Assembly (NCBI GenBank): GCA_964344235.1
Contig: CAYFMJ010000003.1
Coordinates: 16,054 to 80,053, forward strand
DNA length: 64,000 bases
Direction of reading: 5' to 3'
DNA from: an uncultured Methanosarcinales archaeon
Lineage (GTDB): Archaea > Nanobdellota > Nanobdellia > Woesearchaeales > GW2011-AR9
This document shows, in pieces, positions 9,383 to 18,436 of this stretch. The translations under genes and the position numbers were made by a program. Numbering within the stretch: the first letter of the stretch is position 1; every line of letters begins with the position of its first letter. Below the pieces are notes generated by a model. It was not told where the DNA came from and made no database searches. It saw only the letters and a list, made by a program, of their open reading frames with translations.

Positions 9383-9772
9383 CTACTCGCGTTTCATATT
9401 CACTATCGTTTCAAAGCCGCCAACTGCCATGCGTTTCATATCAAATACTTTCATACACTCTTCCTTAGCTTTGTCTTGATCTTTCTTCATTTCTTTCATC
9501 ACGCTGGCGTTAACTTTATCCCTGTGTTTTCGGGATCTATATACAACATACGCAAAAATGATTGTTTCACCTATCTTTGGTTTCACCAATGTTGGGAATG
9601 GTAAACAACCCCATTTCTTGGCACTGTTTAGGTCCTCACCAACACATTCAACGTACTCTAAAGCCCCATGCTTAATCCAGAACTTTCCTGCTTCAGAAGC
9701 CATTTTCTTATATTTAGCCAAGTTCTTTGTAGGAACTGGCAAAACATATCCATCAACATACCGCTTTTTCAT
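9383..9772 (-). CDS. DUF1428 (YbaA-like) family protein
   Basis: N-terminal KRYVDGYVLPVPTKNLAKYKKMA matches the DUF1428 start M.YVDGFV.PVPK. Confidence 0.5.
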   Translation of the reverse strand: MKKRYVDGYVLPVPTKNLAKYKKMASEAGKFWIKHGALEYVECVGEDLNSAKKWGCLPFPTLVKPKIGETIIFAYVVYRSRKHRDKVNASVMKEMKKDQDKAKEECMKVFDMKRMAVGGFETIVNMKRE

Positions 9773-9817
9773 TGTACTTTAACTATAGTAATATTCTATT
9801 TAAATATTTGCAAATAG

Positions 9818-10945
9818 TTACTCTTGCAAGAATTGCATGAAATCACTCTTGTTCTCAAGCGGTGTTCTCGTTGGTCTTCCTAAATCTTTCCGTGCACCTT
9901 TGTTCACTTTGATCTCTAAAAGAACCGGCCCTTCCATATCCTTAATCTCTTTCATCTTTGCTTTAATCTCTTCCTCAGTTTCTGCAGAAAACGCTGCTTT
10001 GTACCCGTTTGCTACAGCGATCTGAGGGATATTAATAGCATCAGCCGCTGTCGGCTGCCCACCAACAGAATCGTGTGCAAAGTTGTTGAAGACAATATGT
10101 TTAAAGTTATGAGGTTGCATTTGTCCAACACTCGACAATGCCCCCATATGCATAATCAATGCACCATCACCATCAAAACAATAGACTTTCCGCTGAGGTT
10201 TTTGCAAGGCAATACTTAAAGCAATAGATGAGGAATGGCCCATACAACCAACTGTTAAGAAGTCACGATGATGACCAAGATCATTATTTGCACGAAATTC
10301 AAATAATTCCCTCGATGTTTTACCGGTGGTAGAAACAACAATATCAGAATCGTCTAGTAATGGAGCGACGAATTTGACTGCGTCTTCTCTATTAAACGCA
10401 TAATTGGTTACTTTCTTGTTTTGTAATTCGTATTTTTCAAAGGTTCCTTTCCTAACAACAATTGCAAATGGCTTGTTATGTTTTGTCATATGTGCCGTTG
10501 CTTTTGTCATAAGTTTTTGAGCTTCTTCAATGGAATCTGGAAGAATGCCATACTCGATGCCTAGTGTGTTTAATTGTCCTAATGTTACTAACCCCTGCTT
10601 AACATGTTGTGGTTCATCTTTTTTACCTGGTTCCCCACGCCAACCAATGATTAAAAGCATTGGAATAGAATACGCATGAGGGTCCGTTAGTGAAGTTAAC
10701 GGATTGACACAATTTCCCAAACCAGAATTTTGCATGTAGACAACTCCCATTTTTTTGGTTGCTAAATGGTATCCTGCAGCAAGAGCGATGGCATTCCCTT
10801 CATTTGCAGCAATAATGTTGTTACGTGGTTGAACATTATCTGTAATGAATGCACAAAAGTCTTTCAGTAATGAATCTGGGGCTCCTGCATAGAAAGTGAA
10901 ATGATATTGTTGGAATACGTCAAATAGTTCCTTTGGAGAGATCAT
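9818..10945 (-). CDS. ThDP-dependent phosphonopyruvate/sulfopyruvate decarboxylase family enzyme
   Basis: GAPDSLLKDF, IIAANEGNAIALAAGYHLATKKMGVVYMQNSGLGN and LLIIGWRGEPGKKDEPQH are hallmark blocks of Ppd/ComDE. Length 375 aa. Confidence 0.6.
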   Translation of the reverse strand: MISPKELFDVFQQYHFTFYAGAPDSLLKDFCAFITDNVQPRNNIIAANEGNAIALAAGYHLATKKMGVVYMQNSGLGNCVNPLTSLTDPHAYSIPMLLIIGWRGEPGKKDEPQHVKQGLVTLGQLNTLGIEYGILPDSIEEAQKLMTKATAHMTKHNKPFAIVVRKGTFEKYELQNKKVTNYAFNREDAVKFVAPLLDDSDIVVSTTGKTSRELFEFRANNDLGHHRDFLTVGCMGHSSSIALSIALQKPQRKVYCFDGDGALIMHMGALSSVGQMQPHNFKHIVFNNFAHDSVGGQPTAADAINIPQIAVANGYKAAFSAETEEEIKAKMKEIKDMEGPVLLEIKVNKGARKDLGRPTRTPLENKSDFMQFLQE

Positions 10946-10992
10946 TCACTTTAATCCAGGAATACCCCTTTTAAAATTAATGAAAAAAAGAC

Positions 10993-11400
10993 CTAAAACC
11001 AACTACCATCTTTATACTTGGTAATTAACTTCTTAAGAATCGTCATATCAACGTCTTCTAACTTTTTTATATGTAAACAACCTTTACCATGTGTGCATTT
11101 ACCGAGTTTTTTTATTAATGGTTCTTTCTCTAGATAACATGTTAAGTATAATGTTAATTTATCTTTTCGAGGAGCGAAGCCAACGTTAAACCATTCGTAT
11201 TCTTGTTTACTGCCTTTCCGTTTGTATTTGTATTTCCCAAAGCCAATGATGAAATTATCGCCCCAGATTCTTGGTTTCTTTCCGGTAATGTCTGTAATGA
11301 TTTTAAGCAATTGTTTTGCGTCTTTTTTTATTCGTTCATTTTCAATAGAATTAATCAGTTTTGATACACTTTTGTTTGTGGGGGTTGTTTTAAGAGTCAT
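10993..11400 (-). CDS. DUF1801 (YdhG-like) domain protein
   Basis: Size and general pattern only. Confidence 0.35.
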   Translation of the reverse strand: MTLKTTPTNKSVSKLINSIENERIKKDAKQLLKIITDITGKKPRIWGDNFIIGFGKYKYKRKGSKQEYEWFNVGFAPRKDKLTLYLTCYLEKEPLIKKLGKCTHGKGCLHIKKLEDVDMTILKKLITKYKDGSWF

Positions 11401-11642
11401 TTTCGGTGTTTACAACCAGGCCAACAACACGGCCGTCGTTTCCCTTTCATTAAATCGGAACACATCCAAGCAATTCGTTTGGTTCTGGTTTCTGATTTTT
11501 TAGCGGAGGTAATCCAACAGATCCACTCATTACGTGCTAAAAGAGTGATATCTTCCCATACTAATCGTACTGTTGGGTTTGAGAGCAGACTCTTCTGAAC
11601 ATCAGAAGGAATTCTGTGTACTACTCCAGATGAGATATTCAT
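11397..11642 (-). CDS. YdeI/OmpD-associated family small protein
   Basis: Weak similarity pattern. Overlapping stop/start with its neighbours. Confidence 0.3.
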   Translation of the reverse strand: MNISSGVVHRIPSDVQKSLLSNPTVRLVWEDITLLARNEWICWITSAKKSETRTKRIAWMCSDLMKGKRRPCCWPGCKHRK

Positions 11643-11893
11643 AATGCGTTAAATTCTCTTTTTTTAGATTCAAACCATTTCTGCATTTCTTCAGGGTTTT
11701 TCATTAATTCCATTATTTTTTGCATTGCTTCTTGATGTGCAGGATCGCTCATCATTTCCATGCCATGATGTTTACTTAATTCAGCTATTTCTTCGAATGT
11801 TTCTGCAGAGAATGTTTTATCACATGCTCCACCTAATTGTTTACAAGTCATTGTTTTCATGATATCACCGTTAATAATACTATGCTCCACCAA
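11639..11893 (-). CDS. DUF1059 family protein
   Basis: MKTMTCKQLGGACDKTFSAETFEEIAELSKHHGMEMM matches the DUF1059 consensus. Confidence 0.55.
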   Translation of the reverse strand: MVEHSIINGDIMKTMTCKQLGGACDKTFSAETFEEIAELSKHHGMEMMSDPAHQEAMQKIMELMKNPEEMQKWFESKKREFNAL

Positions 11894-12258
11894 CCAGTAA
11901 ATGAAATTATAAAACTTGCTGTGATTTTTGTTTGCATATTTGTTGGAATTAGTGTATTTTTCTTTACCGCATCCAAGCGAGGGCCGATGTAGAACGATAA
12001 GAACAGACCGTTTAATATTAGGACACCTATAATGATTGTTTTAATAATGTCAAGAGTATTGTTTGTGAATAAAAATAACCATGAGAAAATCATCAATAAA
12101 GTTCCGATCCAGATTAATGGTTTAGTGACGTGATGCGCTTTGACAGTTACTTGTGTCCATTCTTTTGATTTTCGAGAAATGAAACCCATTGTATCAATAA
12201 CAGTAACTGCTCCTAGGCCGATGATGATACCAGCAAGATGGAAGAATTCTGCAATCAT
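11857..12258 (-). CDS. Membrane protein (4 TM)
   Basis: Hydrophobic helices. The internal ATG at 12258 directly abuts the stop of the upstream gene. Confidence 0.45.
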   Translation of the reverse strand: MIAEFFHLAGIIIGLGAVTVIDTMGFISRKSKEWTQVTVKAHHVTKPLIWIGTLLMIFSWLFLFTNNTLDIIKTIIIGVLILNGLFLSFYIGPRLDAVKKNTLIPTNMQTKITASFIISFTGWWSIVLLTVIS

Positions 12259-13424
12259 CGTTGATACACCTCGGGACTTGTAAATTGTTCTGTCTCTGTG
12301 CATGTTCCACTTTGATGTTCAATCCGTAGTGTTTCTTCATCTAATAACTCTACTATAATTTTCCCGTCACCATTTTGATTGACATAGCCAACATCTTCTG
12401 ATTGGTAACAATAAATTGTTCCAGGAGTTGTTTGTGAAAAGTTACGGTTAATTGTTCCTTCATCACGTGGTGTGAAATGCCATAAACCTGGATTGGTAAA
12501 TTTCCCAGCAACGGAAACAACTTGCACGTTAGCGTATTCAAAATGATCTACGAACGCTAAGTAGAGATCCCATTCTACAACGTATTCTTCTTGAGCAGTC
12601 TTATGAAACCAATTTCCTTTTAGAGTTTCAGGTATATCCTGCATAACTTTCCCACACGTTCCATCGTGACGTTCTATCAAAGAGTAAAATGTATTTTTCA
12701 TTTTTTTCGGATAATAATCGAATGCACACTGTAAATAGCGGTCTCTTTCTGAGTGTCGTTCCGGTTTAATATAATTCAGGGGTTTACGTAGATCAATCAA
12801 ACCGAAATCCCAATTACCCTGCTTGTGTCCAACAGTTCCCATGACATTTCCTGCTTTAATTTGGTTGAGATCTAACACTTTAGTACAACCATCGCCAACA
12901 GAAAAGCTTTCACACTTTTTTGTGTCAAGAATTGCTTGTAATTCTGGGGAAACAGTTTTCACGTGATTATAATACGCAATAATATCTTGACAAAGAGCAA
13001 AGTAGATGGTGTAATCTCTCGGATCAGATGAGATACCATCACTCCACGCAACGGTTGTGAGGTAAACATCTGCCGGTGAATAAATATTGAAAGCAGTCCC
13101 ACTCCCATCAAAGTGGAGATGAGGATGTTGTGTGGGAAAGGTATGGCCTGGAGGACCGAGATTTCCTAAGGGAGTGATAGCAGTGACTTCATTCATATCA
13201 ACAGGAAATGTGGAGAATTTCATATCGCATTTAGGAAGAGTAGCACGTTCTGTTTCTGTGGGGATTTCTAAACGGAATTCTTTTTGTTGTGGTTCTTCAT
13301 ATACTTCTTGCTGGTGGGTTGGATGTTCTTCTTTGTAGACATTTACGGTGCCTTCTTCAAAACTTTCGTGTTGACAACTCGCTACTATGAGTAATAGAAT
13401 AATAAGGAACAACTCTTTTTTCAT
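12255..13424 (-). CDS. Putative secreted lipoprotein, function unknown
   Basis: Signal peptide with a lipobox-like LIVASC. Confidence 0.5.
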   Translation of the reverse strand: MKKELFLIILLLIVASCQHESFEEGTVNVYKEEHPTHQQEVYEEPQQKEFRLEIPTETERATLPKCDMKFSTFPVDMNEVTAITPLGNLGPPGHTFPTQHPHLHFDGSGTAFNIYSPADVYLTTVAWSDGISSDPRDYTIYFALCQDIIAYYNHVKTVSPELQAILDTKKCESFSVGDGCTKVLDLNQIKAGNVMGTVGHKQGNWDFGLIDLRKPLNYIKPERHSERDRYLQCAFDYYPKKMKNTFYSLIERHDGTCGKVMQDIPETLKGNWFHKTAQEEYVVEWDLYLAFVDHFEYANVQVVSVAGKFTNPGLWHFTPRDEGTINRNFSQTTPGTIYCYQSEDVGYVNQNGDGKIIVELLDEETLRIEHQSGTCTETEQFTSPEVYQR

Positions 13425-13454
13425 AGAATTAAGAAATAATAAAAGTATATAAAT

Positions 13455-13610
13455 TTACTGAGAATGTTCTTTTTGATACATTCTTGCAAGTCTAAGTGCA
13501 CCTTCTTCTGAAGTGTCAACACCAGCAAGTACTTCCCTTTCGTCTCGGAGGTAGGTATCAAGTTCCCTTGCTTTGTATGGTTCTCTGTCTTTTGGTTCGT
13601 ATGAATCCAT
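13455..13610 (-). CDS. Possible small acidic protein (51 aa)
   Basis: Manual translation MDSYEPKDREPYKARELDTYLRDEREVLAGVDTSEEGALRLARMYQKEHSQ. Below the ORF-track size cutoff. Confidence 0.25.
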   Translation of the reverse strand: MDSYEPKDREPYKARELDTYLRDEREVLAGVDTSEEGALRLARMYQKEHSQ

Positions 13611-13685
13611 TTTGCTGCAAAAGAGAGAAGATGTATTTAAACATTATCATATGTTTTATAAGTAGAGCTTGTTCTGACAAAAAAA

Positions 13686-14035
13686 TGAATATTTTCCATG
13701 TCTATCACGTTGATAAAACTGTTGGAGAAACAACAGAATCACATTATGCATTTGCTCCTCCTGGAGATATTGAAACTCTTTCTGTAGGAGAGCATGAAAT
13801 CCCTGGGACTAAACGGTTTGTGTCATTAACTGAGATGGTAGAGCATATTGGTGGAAGACATCCAGATATTATTTTCAAACTCCCACCAGACATGCCCGCA
13901 TATTCTTCAAGATGCGAAGAAGGAATGTTAGTAGAATATGTTAGGCGTGGTATTTCTCCTAGAGAACGAGATGATTTTGTAGCAAGGCGACGAGGAGTAT
14001 TCTCTAGCGAAACTTCTCTTCAAGAAACTGGATGA
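13686..14035 (+). CDS. Hypothetical protein (track ORF 13496-14035, trimmed to the internal ATG)
   Basis: The upstream part of the track ORF is Cys/Leu-rich and looks non-coding; MNIFHVYHVDKT begins at 13686. Confidence 0.35.
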
Positions 14036-14240
14036 TTATGTCAGATTCGCCAATATATTTGTCATCTATTTGTAGAACTGGAACGGTAAATACGCCAGAT
14101 TTCTCTGCAAGATCTTTTCGAATAGGATCTGCACGGTCCATCGGAACGTTAACTTTTTTGTATTCTACATTAAGTTCCTCTAATGTACTTCTAACTTTCG
14201 CACAGAACGGGCACTCTTCAAATTGATATAACGTAATCAT
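14004..14240 (-). CDS. Glutaredoxin-like protein
   Basis: CPFC active site in a ~78-aa thioredoxin fold, plus the TVP..F motif. Confidence 0.7.
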   Translation of the reverse strand: MITLYQFEECPFCAKVRSTLEELNVEYKKVNVPMDRADPIRKDLAEKSGVFTVPVLQIDDKYIGESDIIIQFLEEKFR

Positions 14241-14680
14241 GGTTCAAGAAAACTTTGTAATGACAAGTTTATAATATTTTCTTTTGCCTGCCGTTCTTTA
14301 AATTCCGGTTTTAATTGTAAGAAGACGTGATCGTTAAATGTGGAACGGATAAACGGAATGCCTTTCTCAATTAACGAAGCAATTGATTCTTGAATGATTG
14401 TTAATGAAAGATTTGTTTTCTCTGCAATTTCATTGTACGAAATTGGTGCTTCTTCTGTGTAGAAAATTAAGAACACTTTTTTCTCTGTTTGTGTTAATGG
14501 AGAAATGGTTTTTACTTCTTTGTGTAATTGTAATGAATCTAAACGAGAGGATACAGAATCAATTTTTTTTTCAAGTTGGTGGAGGTAGTCAAATAATGCT
14601 TGAATCTCTGAAGTGTTTTCGTTTATCGACGATAAATGTTCTTCCAAAGCACTTCGAATGAGTTCAAATTCTTTTTTCAT
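14237..14680 (-). CDS. Putative winged-helix transcriptional regulator
   Basis: C-terminal wHTH-like YNEIAEKTNLSLTIIQESIASLIEKGI and an N-terminal coiled coil. Confidence 0.4.
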   Translation of the reverse strand: MKKEFELIRSALEEHLSSINENTSEIQALFDYLHQLEKKIDSVSSRLDSLQLHKEVKTISPLTQTEKKVFLIFYTEEAPISYNEIAEKTNLSLTIIQESIASLIEKGIPFIRSTFNDHVFLQLKPEFKERQAKENIINLSLQSFLEP

Positions 14681-14804
14681 TGCTTCCGCTACCTGCTAAT
14701 TTTATTGTTAAGACAAAACGCAAGAAGACGTTCAACCACCTGCGTTCTTCTACCACCACACCCTGCTGTTAGTTATTTTTTTGGGGTTTAAATATCTTTC
14801 CATT

Positions 14805-14817
14805 TTGCACTGTGCAA
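14805..14817. promoter_or_regulatory. Perfect palindrome TTGCAC-T-GTGCAA in the divergent intergenic region; candidate operator
   Basis: A 6-1-6 palindrome flanked by an AAATATCT / AGATATATTT inverted pair, lying between divergent genes 14237-14680 and 14873-15424. Confidence 0.4.
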
Positions 14818-14872
14818 TCACTTGGGAGTTGTCAGCAGATATATTTAAATAACTGAAAATTTTCTTAGAAAT

Positions 14873-15424
14873 ATGGGCTTTAGAGATTGGTTAAGGGGTC
14901 GGTTTTCTAGGAAGGAGAAAAGAAAAGAGGGGTTGAGTGTGTATCAGCGTCAGCGGGCTGAGAGAACACGAAGAGTTAATACGAGAAAAGCAATTGCAGC
15001 TAAAAGAGACGGAACGTTTTTGTTACATGAATTACAAAAATCATCACAACGGTTTATCTTAGAAATGGAAGCATTTGGGGCGTTGTTCCGTAAGCGGTGT
15101 AATGCGTACAATTATGATGTCTGGAAGAAGAAGTTGCAGGCGCAAATTGTTCCAATGTACCAACAATATGCACGGGCGATGCTTACAGTACAGGCAAAGA
15201 GAGTTCCAGGTAGCGAGAAGTTGGGTGAAGTGCGCGCAATAACGGGGAATTTTAAGAAAGAGCTTGAGAAATTGTTGGCAATGGATAGTTATGGAGTTTT
15301 CAAAAAAGAAATGACCACATTTCTTGATACATGGATCTATAGAGTGCAGCGAAAACGCCAGATTATGGAACGATTAATTGTTCAACCGGTTGTGGAAGAA
15401 AGAGAGTTTAGAAGAGCAGCATGA
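14873..15424 (+). CDS. Hypothetical basic protein
   Basis: ORF only. Confidence 0.4.
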   Translation: MGFRDWLRGRFSRKEKRKEGLSVYQRQRAERTRRVNTRKAIAAKRDGTFLLHELQKSSQRFILEMEAFGALFRKRCNAYNYDVWKKKLQAQIVPMYQQYARAMLTVQAKRVPGSEKLGEVRAITGNFKKELEKLLAMDSYGVFKKEMTTFLDTWIYRVQRKRQIMERLIVQPVVEEREFRRAA

Positions 15425-16041
15425 TTCGTTCTCAGAAAGATTTAGCAGTACAATTGAGTAAGTTGGAAGATTTTGCAGAACATTCTTTAGAATTAGAGCA
15501 GTATAGTACTTCTTCTGATATTGCCGCAGAATGGGTGTGGTCGATGGCGTTACGTGGAGAAATTGCGGGAAAAGTAATATTAGATGCTGCTGCAGGGCCC
15601 GGGATTATTGGTATGGGTTTATTGTTAATGGGAGCTAAGAAAGTTATTTTTGTTGATAAGGATGAAAACGCAATGCAGATTTGTATGCGGAATTTCTCTC
15701 GGTTAGAGCAAGAGTATGAGATTGGAGAAGCAGAGTTTATTGTGGAGGATGTTAGGTTATTTGATTCTGACGTCGATATAGTTGCGCAGAATCCACCGTT
15801 TGGAACACAGGAGAAACATATCGACAAAGTGTTTTTGGAGAAAGCGTTTTCCGTTAGTACTGTGGTATATAGTATGCATAAGTGGAGTACGAAGAGTTTT
15901 GTAGAAGGAATTAGTAAAGATAATGGTTTTTCTATTACCAATGTGTGGCGTTTCTCATTTCCCATTAAGAAGCAATTTTTGCATCATAAAAAGCCAGTGC
16001 AGTATGTAGACGTAGGATTATGGCGGATGGAGAAGTTATAA
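15421..16041 (+). CDS. METTL5-like rRNA N6-adenine methyltransferase (archaeal COG2263)
   Basis: NPPFGT motif IV, motif I ILDAAAGPGIIG, ~200 aa. Confidence 0.65.
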   Translation: MIRSQKDLAVQLSKLEDFAEHSLELEQYSTSSDIAAEWVWSMALRGEIAGKVILDAAAGPGIIGMGLLLMGAKKVIFVDKDENAMQICMRNFSRLEQEYEIGEAEFIVEDVRLFDSDVDIVAQNPPFGTQEKHIDKVFLEKAFSVSTVVYSMHKWSTKSFVEGISKDNGFSITNVWRFSFPIKKQFLHHKKPVQYVDVGLWRMEKL

Positions 16042-16914
16042 TGTTCTTCTTTGGTAGAATCTATCTTTAGCTTTTCGAACAATTTCCTTACTTTGACCAA
16101 TATAGCCAAGAGGGTCAGAGATTTCACGTAACGTTTCTTCTGAAAGTCGTGCTGTGACTTCATCAGATTCTAATAACACGTCAATAAATGGTCTCCGTTG
16201 TTCGTACGCCGTTGTTGCTAAACTTGCCGTTAGATTGTGTGCTTCACTTCGTGTCATAGGTTGAGAGGTTCTTCTACCATCCGTGAGATATGTCATTACC
16301 TGCTGTGATGTGACAACACCAAAGCTTCTCACTACTCTTTCCCTAGATCTCTCTTCATTCAAACCGAGCCAGTATACTATGTTTGCTAGCCTCCTAATGC
16401 CGTGATCGAGATATTTAAAGCCATCTTCAAAGTTTATTCTTGCGTTTGAGGAAGCAGACAAATCCCGAGCATAAGGCATTTGACAATTAGCAAGAGCGGT
16501 TGTCATGTTTCCCATTAAGTAATTACGGACGGACATGAATTGTTCTTCAGCTGTGGGATTGCCGTTCTTCGCATCCTTATGAGGCATCGCTGAGGAGCCT
16601 TTCTTTCTTTTTGGATTAGTGTTGACAAAGATATTTACATCATCACTTCTTCCCCAAGCTATATAGCGAGCGAGGTTGTTCATCGTCTCTCCAAGTCTAC
16701 ATAATACAAAGAAGATGTCAGCTTCAAACTCTAATCCTGGGACTTGAGCTGGGGCAAGCATGTGGTTGACTTCCAAGTCATTACAGTATGTTTCTTGTAA
16801 TACTATTCCATCAAGTCGCCTAAAGCCACGAGAAGCTGCATGATCGGTCATTAAATTACTTGCAGCAGCAGTGGTATCATCGATTAACTGCATTACTGCG
16901 TCATCAACATGCAT
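16036..16914 (-). CDS. purB: Adenylosuccinate lyase, C-terminal ~2/3 (fumarate-lyase signature GSSAMPHK). The N-terminal part is anomalous: the frame stays open upstream to 17295 without a start codon.
   Basis: Signature GSSAMPHK plus C-terminal similarity (MPYARDLSASS, VVTSQQVMTYL). See the purD/purB junction finding. Confidence 0.6.
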   Translation of the reverse strand: MHVDDAVMQLIDDTTAAASNLMTDHAASRGFRRLDGIVLQETYCNDLEVNHMLAPAQVPGLEFEADIFFVLCRLGETMNNLARYIAWGRSDDVNIFVNTNPKRKKGSSAMPHKDAKNGNPTAEEQFMSVRNYLMGNMTTALANCQMPYARDLSASSNARINFEDGFKYLDHGIRRLANIVYWLGLNEERSRERVVRSFGVVTSQQVMTYLTDGRRTSQPMTRSEAHNLTASLATTAYEQRRPFIDVLLESDEVTARLSEETLREISDPLGYIGQSKEIVRKAKDRFYQRRTL

Positions 16915-17191
16915 TAACCCTTGAGCTTCTGCTCTTGAGATGTAACGGTCTTCTGGTTCATGCTTTGTACTATAATCTAAAACTGGTCTTAAGGCAGCCG
17001 GGATTTCATCTCCACGTTGAAAACCTTCAGGTAAACCAAGATCTTGCAGTGTGACAGACCCTTCATCAACCCTTCGCCAAACGGAAGAACTTTCTGGGAG
17101 CGCATTTCGTGATATAAATTCAATTGGTTGTACATAATGTTCAACAGGAGGATTGGCGAAAGCGTCATAATTCCATTCACCTACTGCTTCA

Positions 17192-18436
17192 TCAAATGTG
17201 GGTTTTAATCGGTGGCCATACTCGACTCGAATTGTTGTAGGTGCAACGCCCCGATTTATTGCATCTTTCGCTGAGATGAGTTCTCCCTCCTGCAGTTACC
17301 ACCCCTTCTTCACTATAACCGGAGCCTGCATGGAAGATTTCAACAGAGTCACCAAACCGTCCTAGTTCTTCCTGCGGAATCCCAATGCGCTTTCCTTTTT
17401 TAGGGCCTCCCGGGAGTGAGTAACCTTGTGATGCCAATACAACTGTCACTGTTTCACCTGGTTTTGCTGTAACATCAGCTGCTGTTAATGTGCCGTCAAG
17501 TGATTTGGTCATCATGTGATATAAATCACCGCCTAATTTCATCATTGTTGGTTGTGTTTCTGGATCACCCATGCGAACGTTGAATTCTAGGATTTGGGGG
17601 CCATCTTCCGTTAACATGAAACCCCCATAAAGAAAGCCAGTGTAAGGCGTGCCATTCGTTGCCATTTGGGTTACAGTTTGTTGCATCATGCCAACGGATT
17701 CTGCAAAAATTTCAGGTGTAACATAAGCAGGAGAAGTGTGTGCTCCCATCCCTCCGGTGTTTGGTCCTAAGTCATTATCTAATAGTCTCTTATAATCACG
17801 AGATGCAAAAGGAATCGGTACGACATGTTCACCATCGCAAAAAGCGAAAATAGAATATTCAGGTCCAGCAAGTCGTTCTGTTACAAGAATTTTTTCTCCA
17901 AATCGTAGAAATAATTCGGGAAGTAGCTGCTGTGCTTGTTCTAATGAATTGTAGACTTCAACCCCTTTACCGCTAGCAAGACCATCAAATTTAGCGACAA
18001 TACCCCTGTCATTTTGATGCTGTTCAGCAGCTGCTTGTGCTTCCTCTACACTATGACACAACGTCCAATTAGCGTGAGGGACCCCTGCTTCTATCATAAC
18101 TCTGTTAGCAAATACTTTACTTGCTTCTAATTGGGCAGCTGCTTGGCTTGGCCCATACACTGCATGGCCATGTTGTTGAAGATAATCTGCTAAACCAGCT
18201 ACTAATGGAGCTTCCGGGCCAACAACTGTTAAATCAATTTCAGCGCCATGTAAAAGATGTTCTAATCCTTCAAATGTTTCCATATCAAAAGTGTTCAAGA
18301 CATCTGCTTTCCCCACTCTAGCCATGCCGGGGTTAGGGTTAATTGTGTAGACTTTATCTACATCTGGACTTTGTGCTAATTTCCATGTTAATGCGTGTTC
18401 TCTACCGCCGTTTCCTACCACTAATACATTTGCCAT
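17192..18436 (-). CDS. purD: Phosphoribosylamine--glycine ligase (GAR synthetase). The last ~30 codons are atypical, suggesting a frameshift.
   Basis: N-terminal ANVLVVGNGGREHAL, an ATP-grasp core, and FHAGSGYSEEGVVTAGGR near the C-terminus. Confidence 0.8.
   Translation of the reverse strand: MANVLVVGNGGREHALTWKLAQSPDVDKVYTINPNPGMARVGKADVLNTFDMETFEGLEHLLHGAEIDLTVVGPEAPLVAGLADYLQQHGHAVYGPSQAAAQLEASKVFANRVMIEAGVPHANWTLCHSVEEAQAAAEQHQNDRGIVAKFDGLASGKGVEVYNSLEQAQQLLPELFLRFGEKILVTERLAGPEYSIFAFCDGEHVVPIPFASRDYKRLLDNDLGPNTGGMGAHTSPAYVTPEIFAESVGMMQQTVTQMATNGTPYTGFLYGGFMLTEDGPQILEFNVRMGDPETQPTMMKLGGDLYHMMTKSLDGTLTAADVTAKPGETVTVVLASQGYSLPGGPKKGKRIGIPQEELGRFGDSVEIFHAGSGYSEEGVVTAGGRTHLSERCNKSGRCTYNNSSRVWPPIKTHI

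Noticed and set aside
13496-13685. Upstream part of track ORF 13496-14035
   Set aside because: It is Cys/Leu-rich and not protein-like, and it overlaps a plausible small minus-strand ORF. The coding region most likely begins at the internal ATG at 13686.
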